A stretch of 64,000 bases of DNA, from NCBI GenBank assembly GCA_951406725.2, contig OX597815.1, positions 2,976,001 to 3,040,000 of the forward strand, given 5' to 3'. Of this stretch, positions 52,886 to 64,000 are shown piece after piece. The position numbers were made by a program, and so were the translations under genes. How positions within the stretch are numbered: position 1 is the stretch's first letter; each line of letters starts with the position of its first letter. The notes below the pieces were generated by a model that searched no databases, was not told the DNA's origin, and saw only the letters and a list, made by a program, of their open reading frames with translations. This stretch comes from Octopus vulgaris. Its lineage: Eukaryota.

Positions 52886-53958
52886 ATATATACTATTATT
52901 TTCCTCCTGTGAAGACGTCTGGTTTTGTGACCTGGGTATTCAACTCCTGATCGTAAAGCTGTGAGTTCAATTCCCAGCAGCACACTGTGTCCTTCAGCGA
53001 GACACTTTACTACACCTGTCAAAAAACACATAGAACCTATAATTCAAAAGGGGCCAGCCTTGTCCCTTTCTGTGTCACGCTGAATCTTCCTGAGAACTAC
53101 ATTACAGGGTACACATGTCTGTGGAGTACTCAGCCACTTGCTCATTAATTTCACGGATAGTTTGTTTTGTTGATCAGATCAACTGGAACCCTCATTGTTG
53201 TAACCAATCGACTGCCAGATGTGTGTGTATGTTTTCCCCCCGTAAGCTCCTCCCCTGGCACCTGTACCGGTGGCACGTAAAAAGCACCATCCGTACATGG
53301 CTGATGCCAGCGCCGCCTTGACTGGCTTCTGTGCCGGTGGAACGTAAAACGCACCAACCGATCGTGGAAGTTGCCAGCCTCCCCTGGCACCTATGCCAGT
53401 GGCACATAAAAAGCACCCACTACACTCATGGAGTGGCTGGCATTAGGAAGGGCATCCAGCTGTAGAAACACTGCCAGATCAGACTGGAGCCTGGTACAGC
53501 CTCCTGGCTTCCCAGACCCCGATCGAACCATCCAACCCATGCCAGCATGGAAAAAGGACGTTAAACGATGATGATGATGATGATGAAGAAGCTGTAACTG
53601 ATTGCCATAACAGATTTGCTTCTAATTGAATGAGAAATGCAAAACAGTTTTGTTTATTAATCCTTTATATATATATATTTTTTCTGTTTTTCTTTTAATA
53701 TGTATTTGTTAAATATATATAATTAATATTTTACTAACCACTTATATTAATGTTCACGTCACTCTCACCATCCATTCTGTATCATAATATTTCTCAAAAT
53801 CCCTTATAATCAATTTTTTCCAGTTTTTTTTTCTTATTTTACTTTCATTTATTTTTTCCGTTTTTTTGTTTAGTTTTCAGCATCCACCACCACCACCACC
53901 CACCTCCCCTACCATTACTGTATTCTTCCTCCCAAACTTTACCTCCTACCTCCACATA

Positions 53959-54004
<46 letters not shown>

Positions 54005-54554
54005 CACATCCTCTCACCATCACCACCACCCCCTCATATTTATCCTTTCTGCCTACCCTGATCTCAGCTTTTCAATTTATTTTTTTCTTTGTTTTTTGCT
54101 TTTATAAATTTGTTTAAGGTGGGGGTTTTTTTTTACCTTTTTTTTCTTTGTTTTTGTTTATTGAAATTTGATGAACAAATAAAATTATTAACAAAAAGAC
54201 ACCAAAATAATATATAAAAAAATATATATATATATATAAATAAAAAAAAAAAAACCCCGCATGGTTGATGAAACCAACAAAAGACAAAAGAAACACTTGG
54301 TAAACAATAAACATTCCTGAATGTTCCATGCTTGATTCTTCTCCAATATTCTGCCATCATGCCTCTGCATTTTTCTGCAACTGATTTCGGTTGGCGTTCT
54401 CACTTGGAAACTACTTCCTGACGGCATTTCTGTCTCCGGCGTTCACTTAACCTTCCCCCCACCCCCCACCACATACAGACATATATCGATGCCGGCACCA
54501 AACACACAAGCATTGCCATATTATTATTATTATTATTATTATTAGCATTAGTGG

Positions 54555-54870
54555 TATGTGTGTGTGGCTCTACATTTGAGTGTGTGTGTGTCTTTATATT
54601 TGTGTGTGTGTATGTCTCTATATTCGAGTGAGTTTGTGTGTGTGTCTCTATATTTGAGTGTGTGTATGTCTCTATATTTGAGTTTGTGTGTGTGTGTGTG
54701 TCTCTATATTTGAGTGAGTTTGTGTGTGTCTCTATATTTGAGTGTGTGTATGTCTCTATATTTGAGTTTGTGTGTGTGTGTGTGTCTCTCTATATTTAAG
54801 TGAGTTTGTGTGTGTCTCTATATTTGAGTGTGTGTATGTCTCTATATTTGAGTGTGTGTGTGTGTGTGTG
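54555..54870. repeat. Minisatellite with core TCTCTATATTTGAGT plus (GT)n, ~22-30 bp variable unit
   Basis: About a dozen tandem units visible. Confidence 0.9.
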
Positions 54871-55888
54871 ATTGTTTGTGTATAAGTCAAAAACATTTGA
54901 CTTATTATAAGTTGGTTGAGTGGTTATTGTGCTGGAAAAATTACTTGCTGACATCTTCTTCCATTCTTAGATTCTGGGTTCAAATTCCGCCAGAATCAAC
55001 TTTGCTTTTCATCCTATTGGGCTCAGTAAACTAAGTAGCAGTGAAACACTGGGGTTGATGTAATTGACTAGGGAACCCCTCCCTCAAAATTTCAAGCCTT
55101 GTACTCATAGTAGAAAGGAGTATTGTTACTATCAAATAGTATTGAAAATTAACTTTTATTTTTCTGCATTATTGGTGCCTTTAGCAAGAAACACGCACGT
55201 ATGTGTGTGCCCCGAATCCCCTAACTCCCAGCTCCGTCCTTCCTCTCCTTTCTTTATCATCGATATTGCCACCCCCTATCTGGCCCCCGCTCACACTGTC
55301 CCCATCAGCCACTTCTAATACAGCTCTGTATATCTCATCCCCTCTTCCTGACCCTTGTCACCTACTTGCCTCCCTGCCCCCCATCCTTTTTAATTTCAAT
55401 TTTCCTTATTCTAATTACTGAAATAGATTTTGCTTTTTCTTTTCATTAGCAGTTTTTTTACTTTCACTTTTGTTTTAGCAAATTATGTTTCTGAATTATT
55501 ATTTTTGCTTATACACACATATATATATATATATATGTATGCATACTTATATATACATGTGTGTGTGTACATATATTATGCATGCTTGTATGTGTGTGTG
55601 TGTGTGTAAATATATATATATTTATATAAAGAAAAATATCTAATATAGGGCTTTGTATTAATACTAATGGTTATGTGTGTTTACAAGATAATGAAAGGAA
55701 AATTCAATATAAGTTTTATATTAGTAGAATATATAAATATATTGAACAGCACTCTTGTTAATCCTTTAAAAAAGATTATCACCCCATCCTCACACACTAT
55801 GGATATGTGTGTGTGTATATATATATATATATATACATACATACACAACATACACACAATCAATATGTGTGTTAGTATATATACATGA

Positions 55889-55929
<41 letters not shown>

Positions 55930-55951
55930 TACTTACACATTATATATATAT

Positions 55952-56750
55952 ATCCAGGGGGAGAAACTAGTAGTTGATAGTTTCCGCTACCTAGGTGACC
56001 AAGTTAGTAGTGGGAGTGGATGCTCAGAGAGTGTTACCACTAGAATAAGAATAGCCTGGGCAAAATTTAGGAAGCTCCTACCCCTACTGGTGACAAAGGG
56101 TCTCTCGCTCAGAGTGAAAGGTAGATTGTACGATGCAAGTGTGTGAACTGCCATGCTTCACGGCAGTGAAACATGGGTTGTGACTGCGGAGAACAATCGT
56201 AGGCTTGAAAGAAATGAAGCTGGCATGATCCGCTGGATGAGTATTGTCAGTGTGCATGCATGACAGAGTGTAAGCACCCTGAGAGAAATGTTGGACATAA
56301 GAAGCATCAGATGTGGCATGCAGGAGAGACGTTTGTGCTGATATGGTCATGAACTAAAGATGGATGAGGAGAGCTGTGTGAAGAAGTGCCACTCCCAAAT
56401 AGTGGAAGGAATCCGGAGTAGAGGGAGACCCAGGAAGACATGGGATGCGGTGGTGAAGCATGACCTTCGGACGTTGGGCCGCACAGAGGCAATGATGAAA
56501 GACTGAGACCCCTGGAGATATGCTGTGACTACGAAGGCCGGACAAATAACGCGAGTTCATGGCTGTTTCCTGCACCAGTTTCGCATAGCCCCAGCCCATC
56601 CTAAGTACCTTGGATTGCAGAACAACCTGCTGTGCTTACCTTGGATCGTAGGATGACCTGCTGTGCTTGAGGAGACCTATTGAATCAAGTACATCAACAT
56701 CAAATAAAAATCAAATGGATATTGTAGTTGTTGTACCCGTGCCGGTGGCA
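55952..56750 (+). mobile_element. RTE-clade LINE relic: end of the RT ORF plus start of the 3' UTR
   Basis: VDSFRYLGDQVSSGSGCSESVTTRIRIAWAKFRKLLPLL...KGRLYDASV*TAMLHGSETW...RRLERNEAGMIRWM, with stops and frameshifts. Confidence 0.92.
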
Positions 56751-58029
56751 TGTTGGGCCTCACAGAGTCAATGACGAAAGACCGAGACGTCTAAGATATG
56801 CTGTAACTGCAAAGACCTGACAAATGCCTATGGTGCCCACAGTATGGGATTGAACCTGGAACCATGTGGTTTAGAAATGAATTTTTTCAATATACAACCA
56901 GAAAAAAAGAGAGAGAGAGTCAGAGCAGCACAGACACACACAGATGCAGAAACCCAGAGAGAGAGAGAGAGAGAGCAATGGAGTAACAAAGACACCCCCA
57001 CCCACCCCTTTCACCAACACCTTCCCTATTTATCTGTAGATATTTCTACACCGATTCTGTCATCAAACAATCAACGGATAATCACATTTTGATGATATCA
57101 ACAGAGAAAATGGAGATATAAATTACCTTTTGATGAGAGAAAACACCAAAAACTCTAATTCACCTTTTCACATATGAGATACGCTCCACTGACTTTTAAT
57201 TTACGTTGTGATTTGAAAAACAATAATGTAGATGTTTAGTCTTTCAGTCGTTTTAGTGACCCCTCAAAATAGAGCAATTATTTGTTTGTTTGTTTGTTGT
57301 TGTTGTTTACAGACAATGGGGAGAAAAAAACAACCGTGTTTCTGGGTTACACACACGTAAACACTCACAGTTACACTAATACACACACACACACACACAC
57401 GGATACATACGATACACATCCACACATCTTTTATCATTTTACTTGTTTCAGTCATTAGACTGTGGCCATGCTGGAGCACTGCCTTGAAGAATTTTTAGTC
57501 AATGAATCAACCCCAGGACTTATTTTTTAAGCCTGGTATTTATTCCATTGATCTCTTTCGCTGGACTGCTAAGTTACGAGGATGTAAATACACACGCAAA
57601 GTGGGCTTCTTACAGTTTCCATCTGCCAAATCCACTTACAAGGCTGAGGGTAACATTTGAGACACTTGCTCAAGGTGTGATGCAGTGGGACTGAACCCAG
57701 AACCATGTGGTTGGGAAGCAAACTCGTTGCCCCACAGCCACGCCTAGAGAAATGTCCTTTTACGTTTATTCTTTGATCAGATCTTGTGGATTAAACTAGA
57801 AGAGAGAGGATAATGTCTTTGACCCCTTTTAGGGCTCCTGAGGGGATGAGATGAATCTACAACTCTACAGGAGTTTCTAACTTGTGTTGCTTTATTTCTA
57901 TTTAAATCACTGCCTTCGTTCCAATTAATTAATTAAGGTATTTTTAATTTAGCTCATTTTAAACATGAAGTTTGTATCCTAGAACCAGAGGCAGTCTCAA
58001 GTGGGTATTAATAGGGCTTAACACCTTTT

Positions 58030-58367
58030 TGATCTCCATGTGTCCAACACCCATGGACATGCCTACAAAGTCAGAAAACAGCACAGCTCCCATGACTTTC
58101 GGAAACATTTTTTCACGCTCAGAGTTGCTGAAGCATGGAACAAACTGCCTGCGTCAGTTGTCGACTGCCATGACACTGCATCCTTTAAGGCCCTCATGCT
58201 TTCCGAAATCCTCCGAAACTACACCTGATTGTCCCCCTTCCATACTCATACACATATGTGTATGTCATGACTCATGCACTGTTCTTTTCCTGACGCTTGT
58301 ACATTACCCTATGTACTAAACATACACTTTAGATGAGTTGTTGTGCACCTGAGCACTGTACACAATG

Positions 58368-58415
<48 letters not shown>
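58030..58415 (+). mobile_element. CR1-clade LINE 3' end with (TTA)n tail
   Basis: SNTHGHAYKVRKQHSSHDFRKHFFTLRVAEAWNKLPASVVDCHDTASFKALM matches the CR1 ORF2 C-terminal TRGH...FFxxRVxxxWNxLP motif. Confidence 0.88.
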
Positions 58416-58416
<1 letters not shown>

Positions 58417-59371
58417 ACCCTGTAGCATTCCGACCATTCTGTTAAATGTGATGCTTATTAGTATGGACAACGAGCGTTAAGTGATGAGGAGGATGATGAA
58501 TGCAAGAATTGGTTGGATGGTTTGACTGGGCTGGCAAGGCTGGATGGCTGCACCAGACTCCAGTCTGTTTCAGCATGGTTTCTATGGCTGAATGCCCTTC
58601 CTAATATGCCAACCACTCCGAGAGTGTAATGGGTGCTGTGGTTTCAATTGATCAGGAATTATTTCATTGCATTGAAATTTTCCTGACATTCTTTTATTCT
58701 TTTACTTGTTTCAGTCATCTGACTGTGGCCATGCTGGAGCACCTTTAAGTCAAACAAATCGACCCCAGGACTTAATTTTTGTAAGCCTAGTACTTATCCT
58801 ATCGGTCTCTTTTGCCGAACTGCTAAGTTATGGGGACGTAAACACACCAGCATCGGTTGTCAAGCGATGTGTGTGTGTGTGGGGGGGCAAACACATATAC
58901 ATATATACGACAAGCTTCTTTCAGTTTCCGTCTACTAAATCCACTCACAAGGCTTTGGTCAGCCCAAGGCTATAGTAGAAGACACTTGCCCAAGGTGCCA
59001 CACAGTGGGACTAAACCCAGAACCATGTTGTTGGCCAGCAAGCTACTTACCACACACCGACTATTTTTAGAATGACATTGTAGGGTAGGCATGAGAGGCT
59101 GGATTTGGCCACTTTAAACATGAAAGGGTTGAAGATACCTAAAGGAGGCCCTCTGCTGGTGTTAAATCCAGCAGAGGATTAAATCCATGTCCCGATTTTT
59201 TGGTTAATTATTTCCTCCACTTGTATAATGAAATCACTGAACCTAAACCCTATGCGTTTCATTTTGTTTCTGGTTTCGTCCTTTTTAACTGCCAACACCC
59301 ATCAGAAGAAGGTAAGATGGAAATTTCTAGAAAAACCATTTTTAATTTATTTTAGAAAATAAATAATACAC

Positions 59372-59785
59372 AAGAGTGACTGTGTGGTAAGTAGCTTGCT
59401 TACGAACCACATGCTTCTGGGTTCAGTCCCACTGTGTGGCATCTTGGGCAAAGTGTCTTCTGCTATAGCCCTGGGCAGACCAATGCCTTCTGAGTGGATT
59501 TGGTAGACGGAAACTGAAAGAAGCCCATCATGTATATATGTATATATATATGTATGTATGTGTGTGTATATGTTTGTGTGTCTGTGTTTGTCCCCCCCAC
59601 CATCGCTTGACAACCGATGCTGGTGTGTTTACGTCCCCGTCACTTAGCGGTTCGGCAAAAGAGACCGATAGAATAAGTACTGGGCTTACAAAGAATAAGT
59701 CCCGGGGTTGATTTGCTCGACTAAAGGTGGTGCTTCAGCATGGCCGCAGTCAAATGCCTGAAACAAGTAAAAGAGTAAGAGACTA
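59372..59785 (+). mobile_element. tRNA-derived SINE, family A (internal TA/TG microsatellite, GTAAAAGA tail)
   Basis: Head TGTGTGGTAAGTAGCTTGC...GGTTCAGTCCC. Near-full copies at ~13588-13970(+), ~16890-17310(-), ~19300-19915(-), ~26285-26980(-), ~34550-35060(+), ~40620-40990(+), ~43765-44190(-), ~57430-57745(-), ~58690-59060(-). Confidence 0.92.
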
Positions 59786-60099
59786 GAGTAAAGACTGTTT
59801 GCCAACATAACATGGCAGTCCTGGTTTAGGATGAATGTTGCTGTAATTTAGCCCCGGGAGACATCGTCTCCACTTTGCTATACGACACGATCTGTGTCCT
59901 TATATATAAAAAAAATATATATATAATAGGACACAGATCGTGTTGTATAGCCAGCTGGAGTTGATGTCTCCCGGGGCTAAATTACAGCAACATTCGTCCT
60001 AAACCAGGACTGCCATGTTATGTTGGCAAACAGTCTTTACTCCTAAGTACTGTTGCCGAATATCTCTTGTTGTGAGATTTTAAAATAGTAATTTTCTAA
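59786..60099 (+). mobile_element. 5'-truncated, 5'-inverted copy of the 44.3-kb retrozyme-like family
   Basis: Inverted arms ~59786-59902 and ~59927-60042. Ends at the same AATAGTAATTTTCTAA terminus as the 44.7-kb copy. Confidence 0.8.
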
Positions 60100-61585
60100 A
60101 GAGAGACTGTTTCTGAGATTGTTATTAAATCGAGGTTGAAGTGTTCTGTAGAGGATCTTAGAAACAAATATGTAATGTAGACAATCCATGAATAGAAATA
60201 CTCATCGAGTTCTAAATACGGGTTCTATGTTGCAATATGGGTTTTGAGGTTAAATTGCACTTTACAAATGCTATCTGTTCTTTTGTTTCATCTGTTGGGC
60301 TGAGGCCATTCTGGAGCACCACTTCAAACGGTTCAACCAAACAAATTAACTCCAGGCCTTATTTTTCTTTTTTTATGCCTGGTATTTGTTCTTTTGGTTG
60401 GTTTGTTTTGCTGGATGTCTAAGTTACTGGAACATAAACAAACCAACACCGTTTATCAAGTGGTGTGTGTACGAGGAACAAATAGACCCAGACACACATA
60501 TAACTGGTACGATGAGGGTTCCAGTTGATCTGATCAGGGGAACAGCCTGCTCATGAAATTAACATGCAAGTGGCTGAGCATTCCACAGATACATGTACCC
60601 TTTACGTAGTTCTCAGGGAGATTCAGCATGACACAATGTTACATGGCTGGCCCCTTTGAATTGCAGGCGCAACTCATGTTTCGCCATCTGAGTGGACTGG
60701 AGCAATGCGAAATAAGGCATCTTACTCAATGGCACAATGTGCCACCAGAACACTAATCCCTAAGCCATGTGCCTTCTCACACACACACACACACTTGTAT
60801 ATCATTGATGATGTTTAACATCTGTTTTCCATGCTGGCATGAGTTGGATGATTTGACAGGAGCTGGGTCTCACGGAGACAAAGTGGCTGAGTTCCTTTCA
60901 AGTGTTGGGCCTTATGGAGGCAATGACCAAGACCTTTGGCATTATGTCTTGCTTGAGAAGAAGACCCATCAAGCTGAGCAAAATCGCAGTTGTGGAAGAT
61001 ACTGGTGTCATGCAAATGGCACGTAAAAGCACCCTTTACACTCCCAGAATGGCTGGCGTTAGGAAGGGCATCCAATCACAGAAATCCATACCAAATCAGA
61101 CTGGAGTCTAGTGCAGCCTTCCAGCTTACCAGTCCTGGTCAAACCGTCCAACTCATGCCAGCATGGACAACAGACATTAATTGATGATGATGATGCTGAT
61201 GACCAGCCAGGAAGTTGTCCAGACTCCAGTTGTCTGTTTTGGCATGGTTCCTCTGGCTGGATTCCCTTCCCAATACCAACCACTTCACAGTGTGGATTCG
61301 GTGTTCTTTATGTGCCACTAGCTTAAGTACATCAAAGCAGCACTGGCACAGGCTTCCACACAGTTTCCTTCAACCATATTCACTCACAAAGCTTTGGTCA
61401 GCCCAAGGCTATAGCAGAAGACACTTGCCCAAGGTGCCACTCAGTGGGACTGAACCCGGAACCATGCTGTTTCAAGTGGACATCTTAAGCTCACAGCCCC
61501 ATGCCTACATCTTTCGATATTTAATTTATTTCATAAACTTCCAGAAATTTATATTAAACAACAGATTTTTTTTTTTTTTTCGCAG

Positions 61586-61799
61586 GTTGTGGTTTCAATG
61601 TGGAGAACAGCAAACCCACATTTTGCATCAACGATTTGATACACGAGTACAACATTGAGAATGGTAAACATTTGGCACCACTGAATAAAGACCAGCTGAT
61701 TGCACGAACTGTGACCATCATAGAAGAACTGATTGGTCGATTCAATACCAAAGGTCATGAAGATTTCCAGCAGCTCTACTACCAATACTGGTTACACAG
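61586..61799 (+). CDS. HLCS: Internal coding exon of holocarboxylase synthetase (biotin-protein ligase), C-terminal part of the catalytic domain
   Basis: Poly-T tract plus CGCAG acceptor before 61586, and CAG|GTGCGT donor after 61799. Length 214 nt (phase 1 to phase 2). Translates (G)CGFNVENSKPTFCINDLIHEYNIENGKHLAPLNKDQLIARTVTIIEELIGRFNTKGHEDFQQLYYQYWLH(S), matching the animal HLCS segment GCGFNVxNSxPTxCINDLI...LIAR...LYYxYWxHS recalled from the human protein. Confidence 0.93.
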
Positions 61800-61844
61800 G
61801 TGCGTGGAACAAATTCTTTCATATAGTTCTGTGTTTAAGATATG

Positions 61845-62265
61845 AGGAATTATTTACATTATTTACATTTGACGGATAACCATTACACCATATGCCCACG
61901 GGCATATGGCGTAGTGGTTAAGAGCGCAGGCTACTAACCCCAAGATTCCAAGTTTAATTCCAGGCAGTCATCATCATCATCGTTTAACGTCCGTTCTCCA
62001 TGCTAGCATGGATTGGACGGTTCGACCGGGATCTGGGAAGCCAGGGGCTGCACCAGGCTCCAGTCTGATCTGGCAGAGTTTCTACTGCTGGATGCCCTTC
62101 CTAAATAATAATAATAATATCCAAAAAATACCTTAAGAATGAGAACCCAGGTTCGAAATTTCCTTAAGGCATCTGATGAAGGCTGGAGGGTATATCAGCT
62201 GAAATGTTGTGTTAACAACAAACAAGATGAGGATAAATATCCGTCGAATTTAAATAATGTAAATT
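61845..62265 (+). mobile_element. Hammerhead-SINE copy with 5' fold-back, interrupted by an RTE-tail fragment (~61968-62103)
   Basis: Same head and tail as 25283-25525. CTGATGA at 62173 and GAAATGTTGTGTT at 62201. The 5' end has inverted copies of the 3' terminus and of the head. Confidence 0.75.
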
Positions 62266-63279
62266 CTTTCATATTTAACCCTTTAAGCATTCAGGTAATT
62301 GTCAAATCTAATTCTAAATCTATCCTCATTGTTCTGAATTAATCATGCATTATCTTGTAGCTAAGAAATTTTCATGATTTCATTGTTTATTTTTGAATGA
62401 CAGTGTAGAATATGTGTGAAAGGTCAGATCTGGCCAGTTTTGATATAAAACAGAATATTTAGGCTGGATATGGTTGGTTTGAATGCTAAAGGGTTGATGT
62501 ATTGGCTTTCATACATTTCTGTTGCTTTTCTTGTTGGGGTGGGGCTTGCATTTCACTGTTTGCTATTCTTATTAATAGGAACATCAATCCCCCCACACAC
62601 ACACCTCTTCATGACAGCTTTACCCATTCACATACACACATGGACACAGCAGCATACACACATATCATCATCATCATCATCATCGTTAATGTCCGTTTTC
62701 TGTGCTAGCATGGGTTGGACAGTTCGACCGGGGTCTGGGAAGCCAGGGCTGCACCAGGCTCCAGTCTGATCTGGCAGTGTTTCTACAGCTGGATGCCCTT
62801 CCTAATGCCAACCACTCCGCGAATGTAGTGGGTGCTTTTTACGTGCCACCTGCACAGGTGCCAGGGGGGGTCTGGCATCGGCCACGATCGGTTGGTGCTT
62901 TTAACGTGCCACTGGCACGGAAGCCAGCCAAGGCGGCGCTGGCATCGAGGCAGCACTGGCATCGGTATGTGTATGCATAGGCTTCCTGCAGTTTCTGTCG
63001 ATCAAATTCACTCACGTGGCATTGGTCATCCTAAGTTTATTGGAATCAAACTGAAAGCCAGATGTTTGCAAAGTGAAATTCTCAACCTCACAGTCACACC
63101 TGCATCCCCCCCATCCTCATCATCATTTAACATTTGTCTTCTGTTCAGACAGAATCTGATGAGCCAGAGGATGGCAGTGTCTACTTTGTAAAAGTTTCTA
63201 AGCAGATGTTTTCTAAATGTGACCAACACTGATGACTTTGTGCTATTAGCAGAAACATTAATTTTCTTTTTATATTTAA

Positions 63280-63681
63280 CTAGCAGTATCGCCCGGCGTT
63301 GCTTGGGTGTGTAAGGGAAATAACTATATAAGCATTTTTAGAGAGTTATAGCCAAAAAATAACAAAAAAATGCATTAAAAATGGAAAAAAAATTATAGTA
63401 AATTTTTTTTTTAAATCTTTGACTCATCGTAGACATTTTTAGAGAGTTACTTCCCTTATATAATAGCGAAAAAATGCATTAAAATGGAAAAAAATGATGG
63501 TAAATTTTTTTTTAAATCATAGACTCATCGTAGACACGCGCTAATACCCAGAAGGGCTCGATATGAATCACGACTATAAGATACCCGGTTTTGGTTAAAC
63601 TGCATCGCAAAATGTGGGAGTAGTTAGGAATCTAAATCGTAGGAGACAGACAGCACATAACCTCACTTTTATATATAAAGA
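63280..63681 (-). mobile_element. Non-autonomous Helitron-like element
   Basis: Minus strand starts TCTTTATATATAAAAG and ends with imperfect hairpin CCCAAGCAACGCCGGG..CTGCTAG before T. Internal ~100-bp duplication, no TSD. Confidence 0.7.
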
Positions 63682-64000
63682 CATTCACTAAAAAATATAT
63701 ATTTTCCTAGTATATAAGGTTTTATTTAATATACATCTAGTCATATACTTCTCATTTATTTAGCTTTTCCTTAATTTATCCCTCCTCTTTCTATAGGCTA
63801 ACTCTGACGTTATATCATATAACATTTTTTTCAAACAATATTAATAGCATTCAGTTAATCACTAGACATATCCATCATTTTCTGTTAAAATGTCTTAATG
63901 ACGAGTTTTATTTCTTCACTTCCCTGAAGAGAAGATTACATTGTTTTACACCATTTTATTCCTTTGGAATAATACCAGTGATATCTTCCAAACATGTCGG

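Noticed and set aside
61600-61845. 81-aa ORF as a standalone gene
   Set aside because: It is the HLCS exon frame with read-through into the intron. The true limits are the splice sites at 61586 and 61799.

Overview
AT-rich, repeat-saturated animal DNA. The SINE/LINE repertoire and extreme microsatellite load resemble Octopus (coleoid cephalopod); this is an inference from recognition, not a search result. The only host exon I can support is a 214-bp internal exon of holocarboxylase synthetase (HLCS, biotin-protein ligase) at 61586-61799 (+). No neighbouring HLCS exon was recognised, so the rest is probably intron. It is filled with tRNA-derived SINE families, 3' ends of RTE, R4/Dong and CR1 LINEs, Tc1/mariner, pogo-like, hAT and Helitron relics, microsatellites and a 2-kb 37-bp satellite. 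Two things stand out. (1) Several unrelated small elements carry minimal type-I hammerhead ribozymes plus Penelope-style fold-back ends. These include a tRNA-headed SINE with a hammerhead and a ~352-nt retrozyme-like unit. (2) Short pieces of the 37-bp satellite are patched into two unrelated transposons 0.8 and 4.5 kb from the array. Almost all ORFs in the supplied track are microsatellite or repeat artefacts. Repeat boundaries are read by eye and approximate.
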